DNA of 64,000 nucleotides from an uncultured Acidimicrobiales bacterium (GTDB lineage: Bacteria > Actinomycetota > Acidimicrobiia > Acidimicrobiales > CATQHL01), in the NCBI GenBank assembly GCA_958295925.1, contig CATQHL010000001.1:152676-216675 (forward strand), read 5' to 3'. The position numbers and the translations under genes are program-made. This document shows, piece by piece, positions 9,840 to 17,878 of this stretch. A model generated the notes under the pieces. The model was not told the DNA's origin and searched no databases. It saw nothing but the letters and a program-made list of their open reading frames with translations. Positions within the stretch are counted from its first letter, which is position 1. Each line of letters starts with the position of its first letter.

Positions 9840-10867
9840 GTCCCGCTCACCCGGAAGAAGTCGGCGTAAAAGAGCCCCAGGCCCACGGCGGTGGAAAAAC
9901 CCGCCAGGAGCCAGAACCGGACGATCACCCAGGTCTCGTGCCAGTTTCGCTGTTCAAAGTGGTGGTGCAGCGGAGCCATTGAGAACACCCGCCGGCCGGT
10001 GAGGCGAAACACCCCCACCTGGATCATGACCGAACAGGTCTCCAGCACGAAGAGCAGGCAGAGGATGGGCAGGAGGAGGTGGGTGTTGGTGACGAGAGCC
10101 AGGCAGGCGAGGGCTGTCCCCAGGGCCAATGAGCCTGTGTCACCCATGAAGATCTGCGAGGGGGCGGCGTTCCACCAGAGGAAGCCGGCGCACCCCCCCA
10201 GCATGGCGATGGCCACCACCGCCAGATCCAGCGCATGCGGAAGGTCGTAGACCTCGAAGTTGCGAAAAGCCCAGTAGCCGATGAGGGTGAACGCCGCAAA
10301 GCTGAAAATGGAGGAGCCGGCCGCCAGCCCGTCCACGCCGTCGGTGAGGTTCACTGCGTTTGCAGTTGCCACGATCATGAAAACCGCCCAGAAAGCCCAG
10401 CCGACCTCACCGAGGTCAAACCCAATGGATCCTGAGCGCGTGAAGGAGAGCTCGGTGTTCACGTCGGTGAAACCGACGGTGATTCCGGCGAAGCCCCCTG
10501 CCACCAGGAGCAGGCCGATCATCTTGGATTTCTTGCTGAGGCCAAGGCGGTTTGGTCTGGTCTTCTTAAGCCAGTCGTCCACCGCCCCGACGGCGGCGGC
10601 GCAGACCACCGTCAGCATCACGAACAGCCCTGTGTAGGTGAACACGCCCCGGTAGACGAAGTGGCTGACGGCGTATCCCGCGCATGCCCCGAAGACGATC
10701 CCTATGCCGCCCATGCTCGGCGTTCCCGCTTTGCGGGCATGGGACGCGGGGCCGTCCTCCCTGATTGGCTGTGAGAGATTCCGGTGTCGGAAGAAGGCGA
10801 TGAGCAGCCTCGTGGAGATCAGCGACGTGGCAGCTGCAATTCCCCCTGCCAGCAGAAGCCGGATCAT
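9836..10867 (-). CDS. mraY: Phospho-N-acetylmuramoyl-pentapeptide transferase MraY
   Basis: GTPSMGG, NLTDGVDGLA, GDTGSLALG and HHHFE motifs. Confidence 0.95.
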   Translation of the reverse strand: MIRLLLAGGIAAATSLISTRLLIAFFRHRNLSQPIREDGPASHARKAGTPSMGGIGIVFGACAGYAVSHFVYRGVFTYTGLFVMLTVVCAAAVGAVDDWLKKTRPNRLGLSKKSKMIGLLLVAGGFAGITVGFTDVNTELSFTRSGSIGFDLGEVGWAFWAVFMIVATANAVNLTDGVDGLAAGSSIFSFAAFTLIGYWAFRNFEVYDLPHALDLAVVAIAMLGGCAGFLWWNAAPSQIFMGDTGSLALGTALACLALVTNTHLLLPILCLLFVLETCSVMIQVGVFRLTGRRVFSMAPLHHHFEQRNWHETWVIVRFWLLAGFSTAVGLGLFYADFFRVSGT

Positions 10868-12294
10868 CCACGCCCTCCTGCGTGCAGCGCCTCGGCAGCC
10901 ACTTCCCTGTCGGAGAAGCGTTGTCGGCCGGCGGCGGTGACCTGGGTTGTCTCGTGCCCCTTCCCGGCAATGAGCACGATTTCACCTTCCGCTGCCGACT
11001 CGAGCGCCGCCCATATGGCCTTCCGCCTGTCGAGTTCCAGTTTGATCTCGGCAGTACCCGCCGCTTCGCGGGCGCCTCTGAGGATTGCCTCTGCGATCTG
11101 CGAGGGGTCTTCGCTGCGCGGGTTGTCTGTGGTTACAAACACCCTGTCGGACAGATCGGCGGCAAGGCGCCCCATCTCCGCCCGCTTGCCCTCATAGCGG
11201 TCCCCGCCACAGCCGAACACGACGCTCAGACGGGCTCCAGGCGTCAGCAGAGAGCGCGCAGAGCGCAGCAGGGCAGTCAGGGAGCCGGGGGTGTGGGCGA
11301 AGTCCACGATCACCGTGAACCCCTCCACCGAGACCACTTCGAACCTGCCGGGCAGGGCCGGAACCGCCTCCAGGCCTTCCCTTATCGCCGATGCAACCAC
11401 GCCCAGCGACAGCGCAGCCTCGCCGGCCGCCACAGCGTTGGAGACGTTCACCATCCCACCGAGGGGCAGGCAAACGTCCAGCCCGCGCCAAAGGAACCGG
11501 CTCGACCTGGCGTTGGCGGAGAGCACCTCCGCGTCGTTTAACGAGTAGCGGCGCATCTCCCTGCGCCGTTCGCACGCAAGGCGCCTGCCCCAGCGGTCGT
11601 CGCTGCAGATCACCGCCGTCCGTGTGCGGCATCCTTCGAAAAGTTGTCGCTTGGCGAGGTAGTAGCGCTCCATCGAGCCGTGGTAGTCGAGGTGATCCTG
11701 CGACAGGTTGGTGAAGACCCCCACCTCGAAGCGCAGACCCTCCACCCGCCTCTGCTCGAGTGCGTGCGAGGAGACCTCCATCACCACCACGTCGGCGCCT
11801 CGCCCCCGGCTGCTCGCCAGGATGCTTGCCAGATCCGCAGCCGGCGGGGTGGTGAAGTCGCCGCTCAGCGTCCCCACCACGTCGGGTGAGTGACCAGCTG
11901 CCGCCAGTATCGACGCCAGCATTCGCGACACGGTGGTCTTCCCGTTGGTGCCTGTCACCCCTGCGATCATCAGGCGCTCCTGGGGAAAGCCTTTCACTGT
12001 CAACGCAAGCGGGCCGATGAGGGCGCGCACGTCCTGAACCACCGCCTGCGGGACTGCTACATCAAGTTTTCGCTCCACCACGAGTGCCACTGCCCCTGCC
12101 CCCACGGCAGCCCAGGCGTGATCGTGTCCGTCAAAGCGCCTTCCCTTGACGCAGCAGAAGAGCGCACCAGGGGAGATCTTCCGGGAGTCCTCCACCACTG
12201 AGGTGACAATGGGATCGGCGATCGGCCCGGCGAGGGCTTCGACGCTCAGCCCGCAGAGCCGCAGGAGCTCGAGCAGAGAGGTTCCCTCAGTCAT
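10864..12294 (-). CDS. murE: UDP-MurNAc-L-Ala-D-Glu--2,6-diaminopimelate ligase MurE
   Basis: GVTGTNGKTT, TNLSQDHLDYHG and DFAHTPGSL motifs, plus the MurE-specific DNPRSEDP (DNPR) motif near the C-terminus. These argue for MurE and against MurF. Confidence 0.85.
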   Translation of the reverse strand: MTEGTSLLELLRLCGLSVEALAGPIADPIVTSVVEDSRKISPGALFCCVKGRRFDGHDHAWAAVGAGAVALVVERKLDVAVPQAVVQDVRALIGPLALTVKGFPQERLMIAGVTGTNGKTTVSRMLASILAAAGHSPDVVGTLSGDFTTPPAADLASILASSRGRGADVVVMEVSSHALEQRRVEGLRFEVGVFTNLSQDHLDYHGSMERYYLAKRQLFEGCRTRTAVICSDDRWGRRLACERRREMRRYSLNDAEVLSANARSSRFLWRGLDVCLPLGGMVNVSNAVAAGEAALSLGVVASAIREGLEAVPALPGRFEVVSVEGFTVIVDFAHTPGSLTALLRSARSLLTPGARLSVVFGCGGDRYEGKRAEMGRLAADLSDRVFVTTDNPRSEDPSQIAEAILRGAREAAGTAEIKLELDRRKAIWAALESAAEGEIVLIAGKGHETTQVTAAGRQRFSDREVAAEALHAGGRG

Positions 12295-14098
12295 CGCCGA
12301 CCCCCACCGAGGCCAGCCGCACCTCCGGGCCGCCTGCCTCCGGGCCCTGGGCCTCGAGCGGCTCGGGGTCGTTCGCAGGCGGCGGAATCCTGAGCCGCCG
12401 CATTGCGATCTCCCCCATCTCCTTGAATGCGGGCGCGGCTGCGGTGCCCCCGTAGATGGTGGCCGAGGGCTCGTCGATTACAACCAGGATTGACACCTCG
12501 GGATTCGAGGCGGGAAGGAAGCCGACGAAGGCTGCCACGTATTTGTACTGCGACTCCTCCTCGCCGTAGCCGATCCAGGGCAGGGGCTTGCGCGCCGTGC
12601 CCGTTTTTCCGGCGGGCTCGTAGTTGGGCACCTCTGCCCGCTTACCCGTGCCGATCCTCACGGCGTCCCTGAGAATCCCACGCATCAGCACCCCGACCTC
12701 CTCATCGAAGACCCGGCGGGCGTTCACCGTGGAGGGCGGCACCCACCTGTCGCCGTCCGGCTCGACCACCTCCGAGACCAGGCGGGCAGGCACGTAGAGA
12801 CCGTCGTTGGCGATGACGTTGAAGGCGAACAGGAGCTGAATGGGCGTGACCGACACGCCCTGGCCGATTGCGATGGTGGGCAGTGACGTCCCCGACCAGT
12901 TCCGCGCCTGCTCGAGCAGGCCGGCGGACTCCCCCGGCAGGTCGAGGCCGCTCAGCCTGCCCAGCCCGAAGTTCCGCAGGTAGCTCTCGAGGGCTTCCGA
13001 TCCCAGCCTCTGTGCCCATTGAATCGTTCCGATGTTTGAGGACTTGACCAAAATCTCTGCAAGCGAGTAGTCCAGGACGGGGTGCGGGTTGTAGTCGCTG
13101 AACTCCGACTCGTATATGACCAGGCGGTCCGGCACGCTGGTGACGGAGGAGGGTGTCCCCAGTCCGCTGTCGAGCACGGCCGAGAACGTCAAGCCCTTCA
13201 TCACCGAGCCGGGTTCAAACACCCAGGTAAGGGAGCGGTTCTGCTGACCGACGACGACGTTCCCCTCCTCGTTTCGGTCGGCGCTGACCATGGCGAGAAT
13301 CTCCCCGGTTCGTGGACGGCTAACCATCAGGGCGCCACCCAGGGCGTCTACCTCATCGACCTGCTCGGCGAGGATTCTGGCGGCTTCAAACTGCATCAGG
13401 CGATCGATTGTGAGGCGAATGTCGGCCCCGTTTACCGCAGGCTTGATCTTGGAAATGCCACCTGGAATGCTGCGCCCGCCCGGGTACTGCTCCTGGACGA
13501 TCTCCCCAGGCGATCCCAGCAGGTCGTCGTTGAACTTGGCCTCTATGCCTGAGATGCCCTGCTCATAGTCACCCACCCGCCCCACGACTTCAGAGGCTGA
13601 TTCCTGCAGGGAGTAGTGGCGGCGAGAGGCCTGCTGGGTGGCTATGCCATCGAGGTCCAACTCCTCCACCAACTCGGCCAGATCTTGGTTGACTGTCCGC
13701 TGCAGATAGACGAACTGCCCGGGCGAGGAGAGTTTGGCGGCGATTGCCTCAGCCTCCATGTTCAAGATCGGTGCCAGAATCTCGGCCTCCCGCAGCGGGT
13801 CGGTCACGAGCGAGGGGTCGGCAAAGATGTTCGCCCCGGAAAATGACGTTGCCAGCACCTCGCCCGTGCGGTCGAGGATGTTGCCACGCATGCCCATCGT
13901 GTAGATGGTCCTGAGCCTGTGCTGCTCGCCCCAGGAGGTGATCCTCTCGGCCTGGTTGAACTGCAAGTCGTAGGTCTTCCAGATAAGCAAGCCCGCCATG
14001 AGGGAGATCGCCAGCAGAGCGCATATCCGCCTGCGACGTGAGCAACTGGGTGCAGTTCGGGGGCGGGGCGGGCCCAGAGGGGGGGGAGCGTGCCGCAT
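12287..14098 (-). CDS. ftsI: Class B penicillin-binding protein / division transpeptidase FtsI
   Basis: N-terminal TM segment and PBP dimerisation domain. Transpeptidase motifs SVMK (SxxK), SSN (SxN) and KTGTA (KTG). Confidence 0.9.
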   Translation of the reverse strand: MRHAPPPLGPPRPRTAPSCSRRRRICALLAISLMAGLLIWKTYDLQFNQAERITSWGEQHRLRTIYTMGMRGNILDRTGEVLATSFSGANIFADPSLVTDPLREAEILAPILNMEAEAIAAKLSSPGQFVYLQRTVNQDLAELVEELDLDGIATQQASRRHYSLQESASEVVGRVGDYEQGISGIEAKFNDDLLGSPGEIVQEQYPGGRSIPGGISKIKPAVNGADIRLTIDRLMQFEAARILAEQVDEVDALGGALMVSRPRTGEILAMVSADRNEEGNVVVGQQNRSLTWVFEPGSVMKGLTFSAVLDSGLGTPSSVTSVPDRLVIYESEFSDYNPHPVLDYSLAEILVKSSNIGTIQWAQRLGSEALESYLRNFGLGRLSGLDLPGESAGLLEQARNWSGTSLPTIAIGQGVSVTPIQLLFAFNVIANDGLYVPARLVSEVVEPDGDRWVPPSTVNARRVFDEEVGVLMRGILRDAVRIGTGKRAEVPNYEPAGKTGTARKPLPWIGYGEEESQYKYVAAFVGFLPASNPEVSILVVIDEPSATIYGGTAAAPAFKEMGEIAMRRLRIPPPANDPEPLEAQGPEAGGPEVRLASVGVGDD

Positions 14099-14809
14099 CT
14101 ACCCGTCAGGGGGATGCAAGTACACGACCGTCGTGGGCGTGGTCATTCCCAGCCGCTCCCTGGCCACGCTCACCACCCGCTCTGGGGAGATCAGCTCAGT
14201 TCTCTGCTGTACAAGCTTCAGGTTCAGGTCTTTTCCGTCAGCTATCTGATCCTCAAGGCGGTCAAGGTGCACCTGTGTCTGCGTTATGAAGCCTTGCAGC
14301 ATCGCTATTAGAAACAGCGCAATAAGCAGGCAGGCAGTAAAGGCAAGAATGCTGCGGCGCAACGACCTCCATCCGCCTTGCGCCTGGCTCTCGTTCGGGT
14401 CGCGGGCGGCAGTTTCCGGGCCGCTTCCTCCGGGCCGCTTCTTCCGGGCCGCTGCGTCTTTTCCTTGTTGACCTGCTTGCGGGCGCCCCGGCGGGCGCGC
14501 GGCGTTTGCGCGCCGTGGGTTTCCGGGCGCACCAGCAGGGCGCTTCGAAGGGTGGGAACTCGGACGCGCATTTGGCCCGTGATTGTGACCGGGCCTCGCA
14601 GCCTGCCGGGAACTCGGACGCGCAGCCTGCCGGGGACTCGGCCGCGCAGCCTGCCGGGGACTCGGCCGCGCAGCCTGCCGGGGACTCGGCCGCGCAGCCT
14701 GCCGGGGACTCGGCCGCGCAGCCTGCCGGGGACTCGGCCGCGCAGCCTGCCGGGGACTCGGCCGCGCAGCCTGGCGTCCGCCTCGCTCTCGACTGGCTGT
14801 GGCTTTCAT
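14099..14809 (-). CDS. ftsL: FtsL/DivIC-type septum formation initiator with a repeat-rich cytoplasmic tail
   Basis: The C-terminal part has a TM segment (ILAFTACLLIALFLIAML), a short coiled coil and a GMTTPT tail typical of actinobacterial FtsL. It sits between rsmH and ftsI. I set the start at ATG 14809, 5 nt after the rsmH stop. The longest ORF (to 15088) overlaps rsmH and is rejected. Confidence 0.7.
   Translation of the reverse strand: MKATASRERGGRQAARPSPRQAARPSPRQAARPSPRQAARPSPRQAARPSPRQAARPSPRQAARPSSRQAARPGHNHGPNARPSSHPSKRPAGAPGNPRRANAARPPGRPQAGQQGKDAAARKKRPGGSGPETAARDPNESQAQGGWRSLRRSILAFTACLLIALFLIAMLQGFITQTQVHLDRLEDQIADGKDLNLKLVQQRTELISPERVVSVARERLGMTTPTTVVYLHPPDG
14597..14775 (-). 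repeat. In-frame tandem repeat: 24-bp unit CGCAGCCTGCCGGGGACTCGGCCG, about 7.5 copies
   Basis: Read directly. Five central copies are identical and the flanking copies are degenerate. The repeat encodes (QAARPSPR)n in the FtsL N-terminal tail. Confidence 0.95.
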
Positions 14810-14813
14810 ACGA

Positions 14814-15749
14814 CTACAACTTCTCGAAGAAGCGAAGCCGGGCGCTGGCAGAACGCGGGTTGCGGGACGTCTCCTCGAAACCCGGGCGAAGCGGGCCCCT
14901 CCGGTGAAGCCGAACCCTCGGGGTGGCCCCGCAGCGGCACGGGAGCCTCGGCGGGCAGGAGCAGTCACCCCTGGCAGCCGAACGCAGGGTGTTCTTGACG
15001 ATGCGGTCCTCGCCCGAGTGATAGCTGAGCACCGCACCCCTTCCCAAGGGCTCCAACCGGTCAATCGCCTGGCGAAGGGCCGGTTCAAGAACCTGGAGTT
15101 CCTCGTTCACGGCGATGCGCAGGGCTTGAAAGCTGCGCTTGGCGGGGTGTCCGCCGCGGCGCCGGGAGGCGTCCGGGACGGCCGAGGAGATTACCTCGGC
15201 CAGCTCAAGGGTGTCGTTAAGCGGACGGGCGGCGACAATGGCGCGGGCGATCCTCATGGCGAATCGCTCGTCGCCATATCGCTGCAACAAGGCCGCTATC
15301 CGCCCCTGCGGCCAGTGATTGACGATCTCGGCGGCATTCAGGGTGTTCGCGGGGTTCATGCGCATGTCGATCGGGCCGCTACGGGTGTAGGAGAACCCCC
15401 GATCGGGATCGTCGATTTGCATAGAGCTCACCCCCAAGTCGAAGAGCGCTCCAACGATGCTCTCGATCCCAAGTTCCGTCAGCACCCCCTCCAGGGAGTC
15501 AAAGCGTCCCTGGCGGAGCACCGAATCGCCCCCCAGCCGCCCGCGCGCCGAGGAAATCGCAGTCGGGTCTTGATCAAGCCCCACCAGGGAAAGATCTCCC
15601 CGCTTTTTCAGCAGTGCGGCTGCGTGGCCCCCCGAACCAACCGTGGCGTCGAGGAAGACACCGGAGGGGATGCTTGCCATGATTTCCGTGACCTCTGAAA
15701 CCATGACCGATTCGTGCGTGCCTGCCCAGCGAGGCTCATGCGTTTCCAC
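14814..15749 (-). CDS. rsmH: 16S rRNA (cytosine1402-N4)-methyltransferase RsmH (MraW)
   Basis: DATVGSGGHA SAM motif, DLGVSSMQID and SYHSGEDRIVK. Confidence 0.95.
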   Translation of the reverse strand: METHEPRWAGTHESVMVSEVTEIMASIPSGVFLDATVGSGGHAAALLKKRGDLSLVGLDQDPTAISSARGRLGGDSVLRQGRFDSLEGVLTELGIESIVGALFDLGVSSMQIDDPDRGFSYTRSGPIDMRMNPANTLNAAEIVNHWPQGRIAALLQRYGDERFAMRIARAIVAARPLNDTLELAEVISSAVPDASRRRGGHPAKRSFQALRIAVNEELQVLEPALRQAIDRLEPLGRGAVLSYHSGEDRIVKNTLRSAARGDCSCPPRLPCRCGATPRVRLHRRGPLRPGFEETSRNPRSASARLRFFEKL

Positions 15750-15761
15750 TGGGAGGAACTC

Positions 15762-15900
15762 CTGGCGGGCATCCCCTCAGCATTCCCCCTGCTGCCAGGT
15801 CCTCGCAGGGATCGCTCCCTGGACGAGGAGTTTGGCAAGTGGGCGGTATAGGGGATGCTGTTCCCAGCAACAGGATGAATCCTGAGGGGATGCCCGCCAG
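15762..15900 (-). promoter_or_regulatory. Structured mraZ-rsmH intergenic element closed by a perfect 19-bp long-range stem
   Basis: Plus-strand CTGGCGGGCATCCCCTCAG (15762-15780) is the exact reverse complement of CTGAGGGGATGCCCGCCAG (15882-15900). An inner hairpin CAGGGA-GCGA-TCCCTG is present. The 3' arm abuts an AGGAG located about 9 nt before the rsmH GTG. Confidence 0.45.
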
Positions 15901-15905
15901 AGATC

Positions 15906-16376
15906 TCACAGCCATTCGCTGCCTACCTCGGCATCGAAGCTGCTTGCGTCTGTGTATGCCTCTGCGCCGCCGACATTCCGCTCCCACAATTCGGCGTTCC
16001 AGAGCTCGATTCGTTGTCCAACCCCAGCCACGAAGACTCGTGCGTCGGGATCCTCAGGGTCGACGGCCAAGACGTTTCGCAAAGGTTCAGGTACGAGGAT
16101 TCGACCCTGGGTGTCGGGTTTCACTTCGTATCCATTGCCGGAGAACCAGCGCAGCAGGTTCTGGTTGGCTCCGCTTTCCCGCACTTTGTCCTGCAGCCGC
16201 TGGTAGGTGGCCTGGAAGCTCCCCGTCCTCCAAAGCCCCAGGCAAGGCGAACCGGGAACGCGCCCAAGAACGCATCTGTCGTCCCCCTCGCCCCGCTTCC
16301 GAAACTCCGGGGGCAGGGAGACACGCCACTTTGCGTCAATCATGCGCTGGTGGTTCCCTGAGAAGTTTTTTTCCAT
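15906..16376 (-). CDS. mraZ: Transcriptional regulator MraZ
   Basis: Two SpoVT/AbrB-like halves (IDAKWRVSLPPEFR and DTQGRILVPEPLR). I set the start at ATG 16376 (MEKNFSGNHQ...). The longest ORF extends to 16508. Confidence 0.9.
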   Translation of the reverse strand: MEKNFSGNHQRMIDAKWRVSLPPEFRKRGEGDDRCVLGRVPGSPCLGLWRTGSFQATYQRLQDKVRESGANQNLLRWFSGNGYEVKPDTQGRILVPEPLRNVLAVDPEDPDARVFVAGVGQRIELWNAELWERNVGGAEAYTDASSFDAEVGSEWL

Positions 16377-16432
16377 CTCCCCGGCTCTACCTTTCTCCTG
16401 CTCGTTGATCTCGACTGAATGTAGGGAAATTT

Positions 16433-16469
16433 CCCCACAAATCACTACTTTACCCCACAACTCCCCACA
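16433..16469 (-). promoter_or_regulatory. Putative MraZ operator: three TGTGGGG boxes spaced 10 and 20 nt apart
   Basis: CCCCACA occurs on the plus strand at 16433-16439, 16453-16459 and 16463-16469, which reads TGTGGGG on the mraZ strand. The boxes lie 60-90 nt upstream of the mraZ ATG. MraZ is known to bind phased GTGGG-type direct repeats. Confidence 0.5.
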
Positions 16470-16514
16470 TAGCAAGCGGGAATCTGGATTCGCCAAAATG
16501 GTTTCCACAACGGC

Positions 16515-16544
16515 AAACCCACCCAGCCAAAGTGGGAGGGTGGG
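16515..16544 (-). terminator. Possible intrinsic terminator after the HNH/LplA-like operon
   Basis: CCCACCC (16518-16524) pairs with GGGTGGG (16538-16544). On the minus strand the hairpin is followed by TTTGCCGTTG. It sits between the LplA-like stop and the mraZ promoter region. Confidence 0.35.
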
Positions 16545-16592
16545 TGCCCCCAGTCCTGGCAGAGGCGGTCGCCCCGGAAGGCGCCAGGACGC

Positions 16593-17378
16593 CTATTCGG
16601 GAAGAGCCTTGAGAAACTCCTTCAGTGCCCGGCCAGGGTCCACCGGCACGGAAGCAACACGTGCCTTGAGGTGCAAGAGCAGGCTCTCTGCCTCGGCGCT
16701 GCCCAGACGCAGCAGGGCAGTCGTTTCCTCAGGGTGCCACTTGCACAACAGCGCCGACTGAAAGCGGGCGGCGCGCATGCTGCGGCGCTGCGAGATGCCC
16801 AGGACCTTGGCCCCGCCCGCCAGCAGTTCGCCCTGGTTCAGACCGGCAAAGCAGACAAGCCTCCCCCACTCCCCCTGCACCGAAGGCCCGGTGTGCATGT
16901 CGGTGACCACCCCACAGGCGGCCAGGGCCTTCTGCCACGTGCGCCCGAGCCACTCAAAGGAACGGCCTACGTCGCTGCTCAAAAGGGTGTCGCCGGCCGC
17001 GAGGATCACATCCACCCACAGAACGCTCCCCGGCCTCAGCAACACAACACCCCCGCCGGAGCGGCGCCTCACCACCGCCCGCCCCGTCGCGCAGCTCAGG
17101 ATGTCGTGCTTCTGGCTGCTTCCCAGAACCACAGCCTCCGACGTTGCCCGCAGTTCCCAGACCTCGCGACGGTGTAGGGGGGGTCTTGTCTCCTTGCTGC
17201 GCCCCGCTTCGGGCACCCGCTCTCCCCCGCCCGCCTCAAGGCCCCCGGGAAACCTGAGCGCATGCAGCTGCTCAGGCGTGCCGCAATATCTTCTGAATCT
17301 CCAGGAGGATTCCCCCGTTTTCGGTTTGCCCACCTCATAAAGGCTTGTCGCCGGCTGAGACTCGCCGACGGGTCTCAC
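16593..17378 (-). CDS. Biotin/lipoate A/B protein ligase family protein (LplA/LipB-like domain)
   Basis: VVRRRSGGGVVLL resembles the RRxSGGG motif of the BPL_LplA_LipB fold, and KVLGISQRR resembles the K-containing strand. The start codon overlaps the HNH gene stop. Confidence 0.55.
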   Translation of the reverse strand: MRPVGESQPATSLYEVGKPKTGESSWRFRRYCGTPEQLHALRFPGGLEAGGGERVPEAGRSKETRPPLHRREVWELRATSEAVVLGSSQKHDILSCATGRAVVRRRSGGGVVLLRPGSVLWVDVILAAGDTLLSSDVGRSFEWLGRTWQKALAACGVVTDMHTGPSVQGEWGRLVCFAGLNQGELLAGGAKVLGISQRRSMRAARFQSALLCKWHPEETTALLRLGSAEAESLLLHLKARVASVPVDPGRALKEFLKALPE

Positions 17379-17878
17379 GCAGAACGAGGGTGCGTCAAGT
17401 AGGAGCTCCAGTGATCGGGGACCTCGCCCGCCCGCAGCATTATCAAGGCGGCGCGCGAGGGCGGGCGGGGGGGGCGTACCAGCGTCATGTTGACCTCGCC
17501 GGGAAGACGATCCTTCTTTCTGGAGTTGCAGCGCCTGCAGGCGGCTACGACGTTGTCCCAGGTGTGGGTTCCCCCGCGGCTGCGGGGGTTGATGTGATCC
17601 ACACTGTCGGCGTGAAGCCCGCAGTACTGGCAGCAGTGCTCGTCACGCGCAAGCACCCCCCTGCGGGAAATGGAGTTGCGCCGAAAGTATGGCACGTGCA
17701 CGTACTTCCTGAGCCTCACAACAGAGGGGACCTCAAGCACCATCCGCTCTGAGCGGAGCACCGACCCCGACAGGCAGACAGTGTCCGCCCGTTCACTGAA
17801 GACCAGAATCGCGGCCCTTCGCGCCGGGACAACGCTCAGAGGCTCGTACGTGGTGTTCAACACCAGTGATAGATGCAC
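17375..17878 (-). CDS. HNH endonuclease family protein
   Basis: CQYCG ... DHINPRSRGG ... WDNVVAACRRCNSRK, a classical HNH/zinc-finger arrangement. Confidence 0.85.
   Translation of the reverse strand: MHLSLVLNTTYEPLSVVPARRAAILVFSERADTVCLSGSVLRSERMVLEVPSVVRLRKYVHVPYFRRNSISRRGVLARDEHCCQYCGLHADSVDHINPRSRGGTHTWDNVVAACRRCNSRKKDRLPGEVNMTLVRPPRPPSRAALIMLRAGEVPDHWSSYLTHPRSA

Noticed and set aside
10864-12294. Calling this Mur ligase murF, since it occupies the slot next to mraY.
   Set aside because: The DNPRSEDP motif and the FAHTPGSL and TNLSQDHLDYHG blocks are MurE-type.
14597-14775. A CRISPR array, considered for the 24-bp and 30-bp (57874-57961) repeat clusters.
   Set aside because: Units are directly adjacent with no spacers. 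One array is in-frame coding sequence. No cas genes are present in the window.
14810-15088. The N-terminal 93 codons of the longest ftsL ORF.
   Set aside because: This part overlaps the 3' end of rsmH in another frame. An ATG at 14809, 5 nt after the rsmH stop, gives the expected operon geometry.
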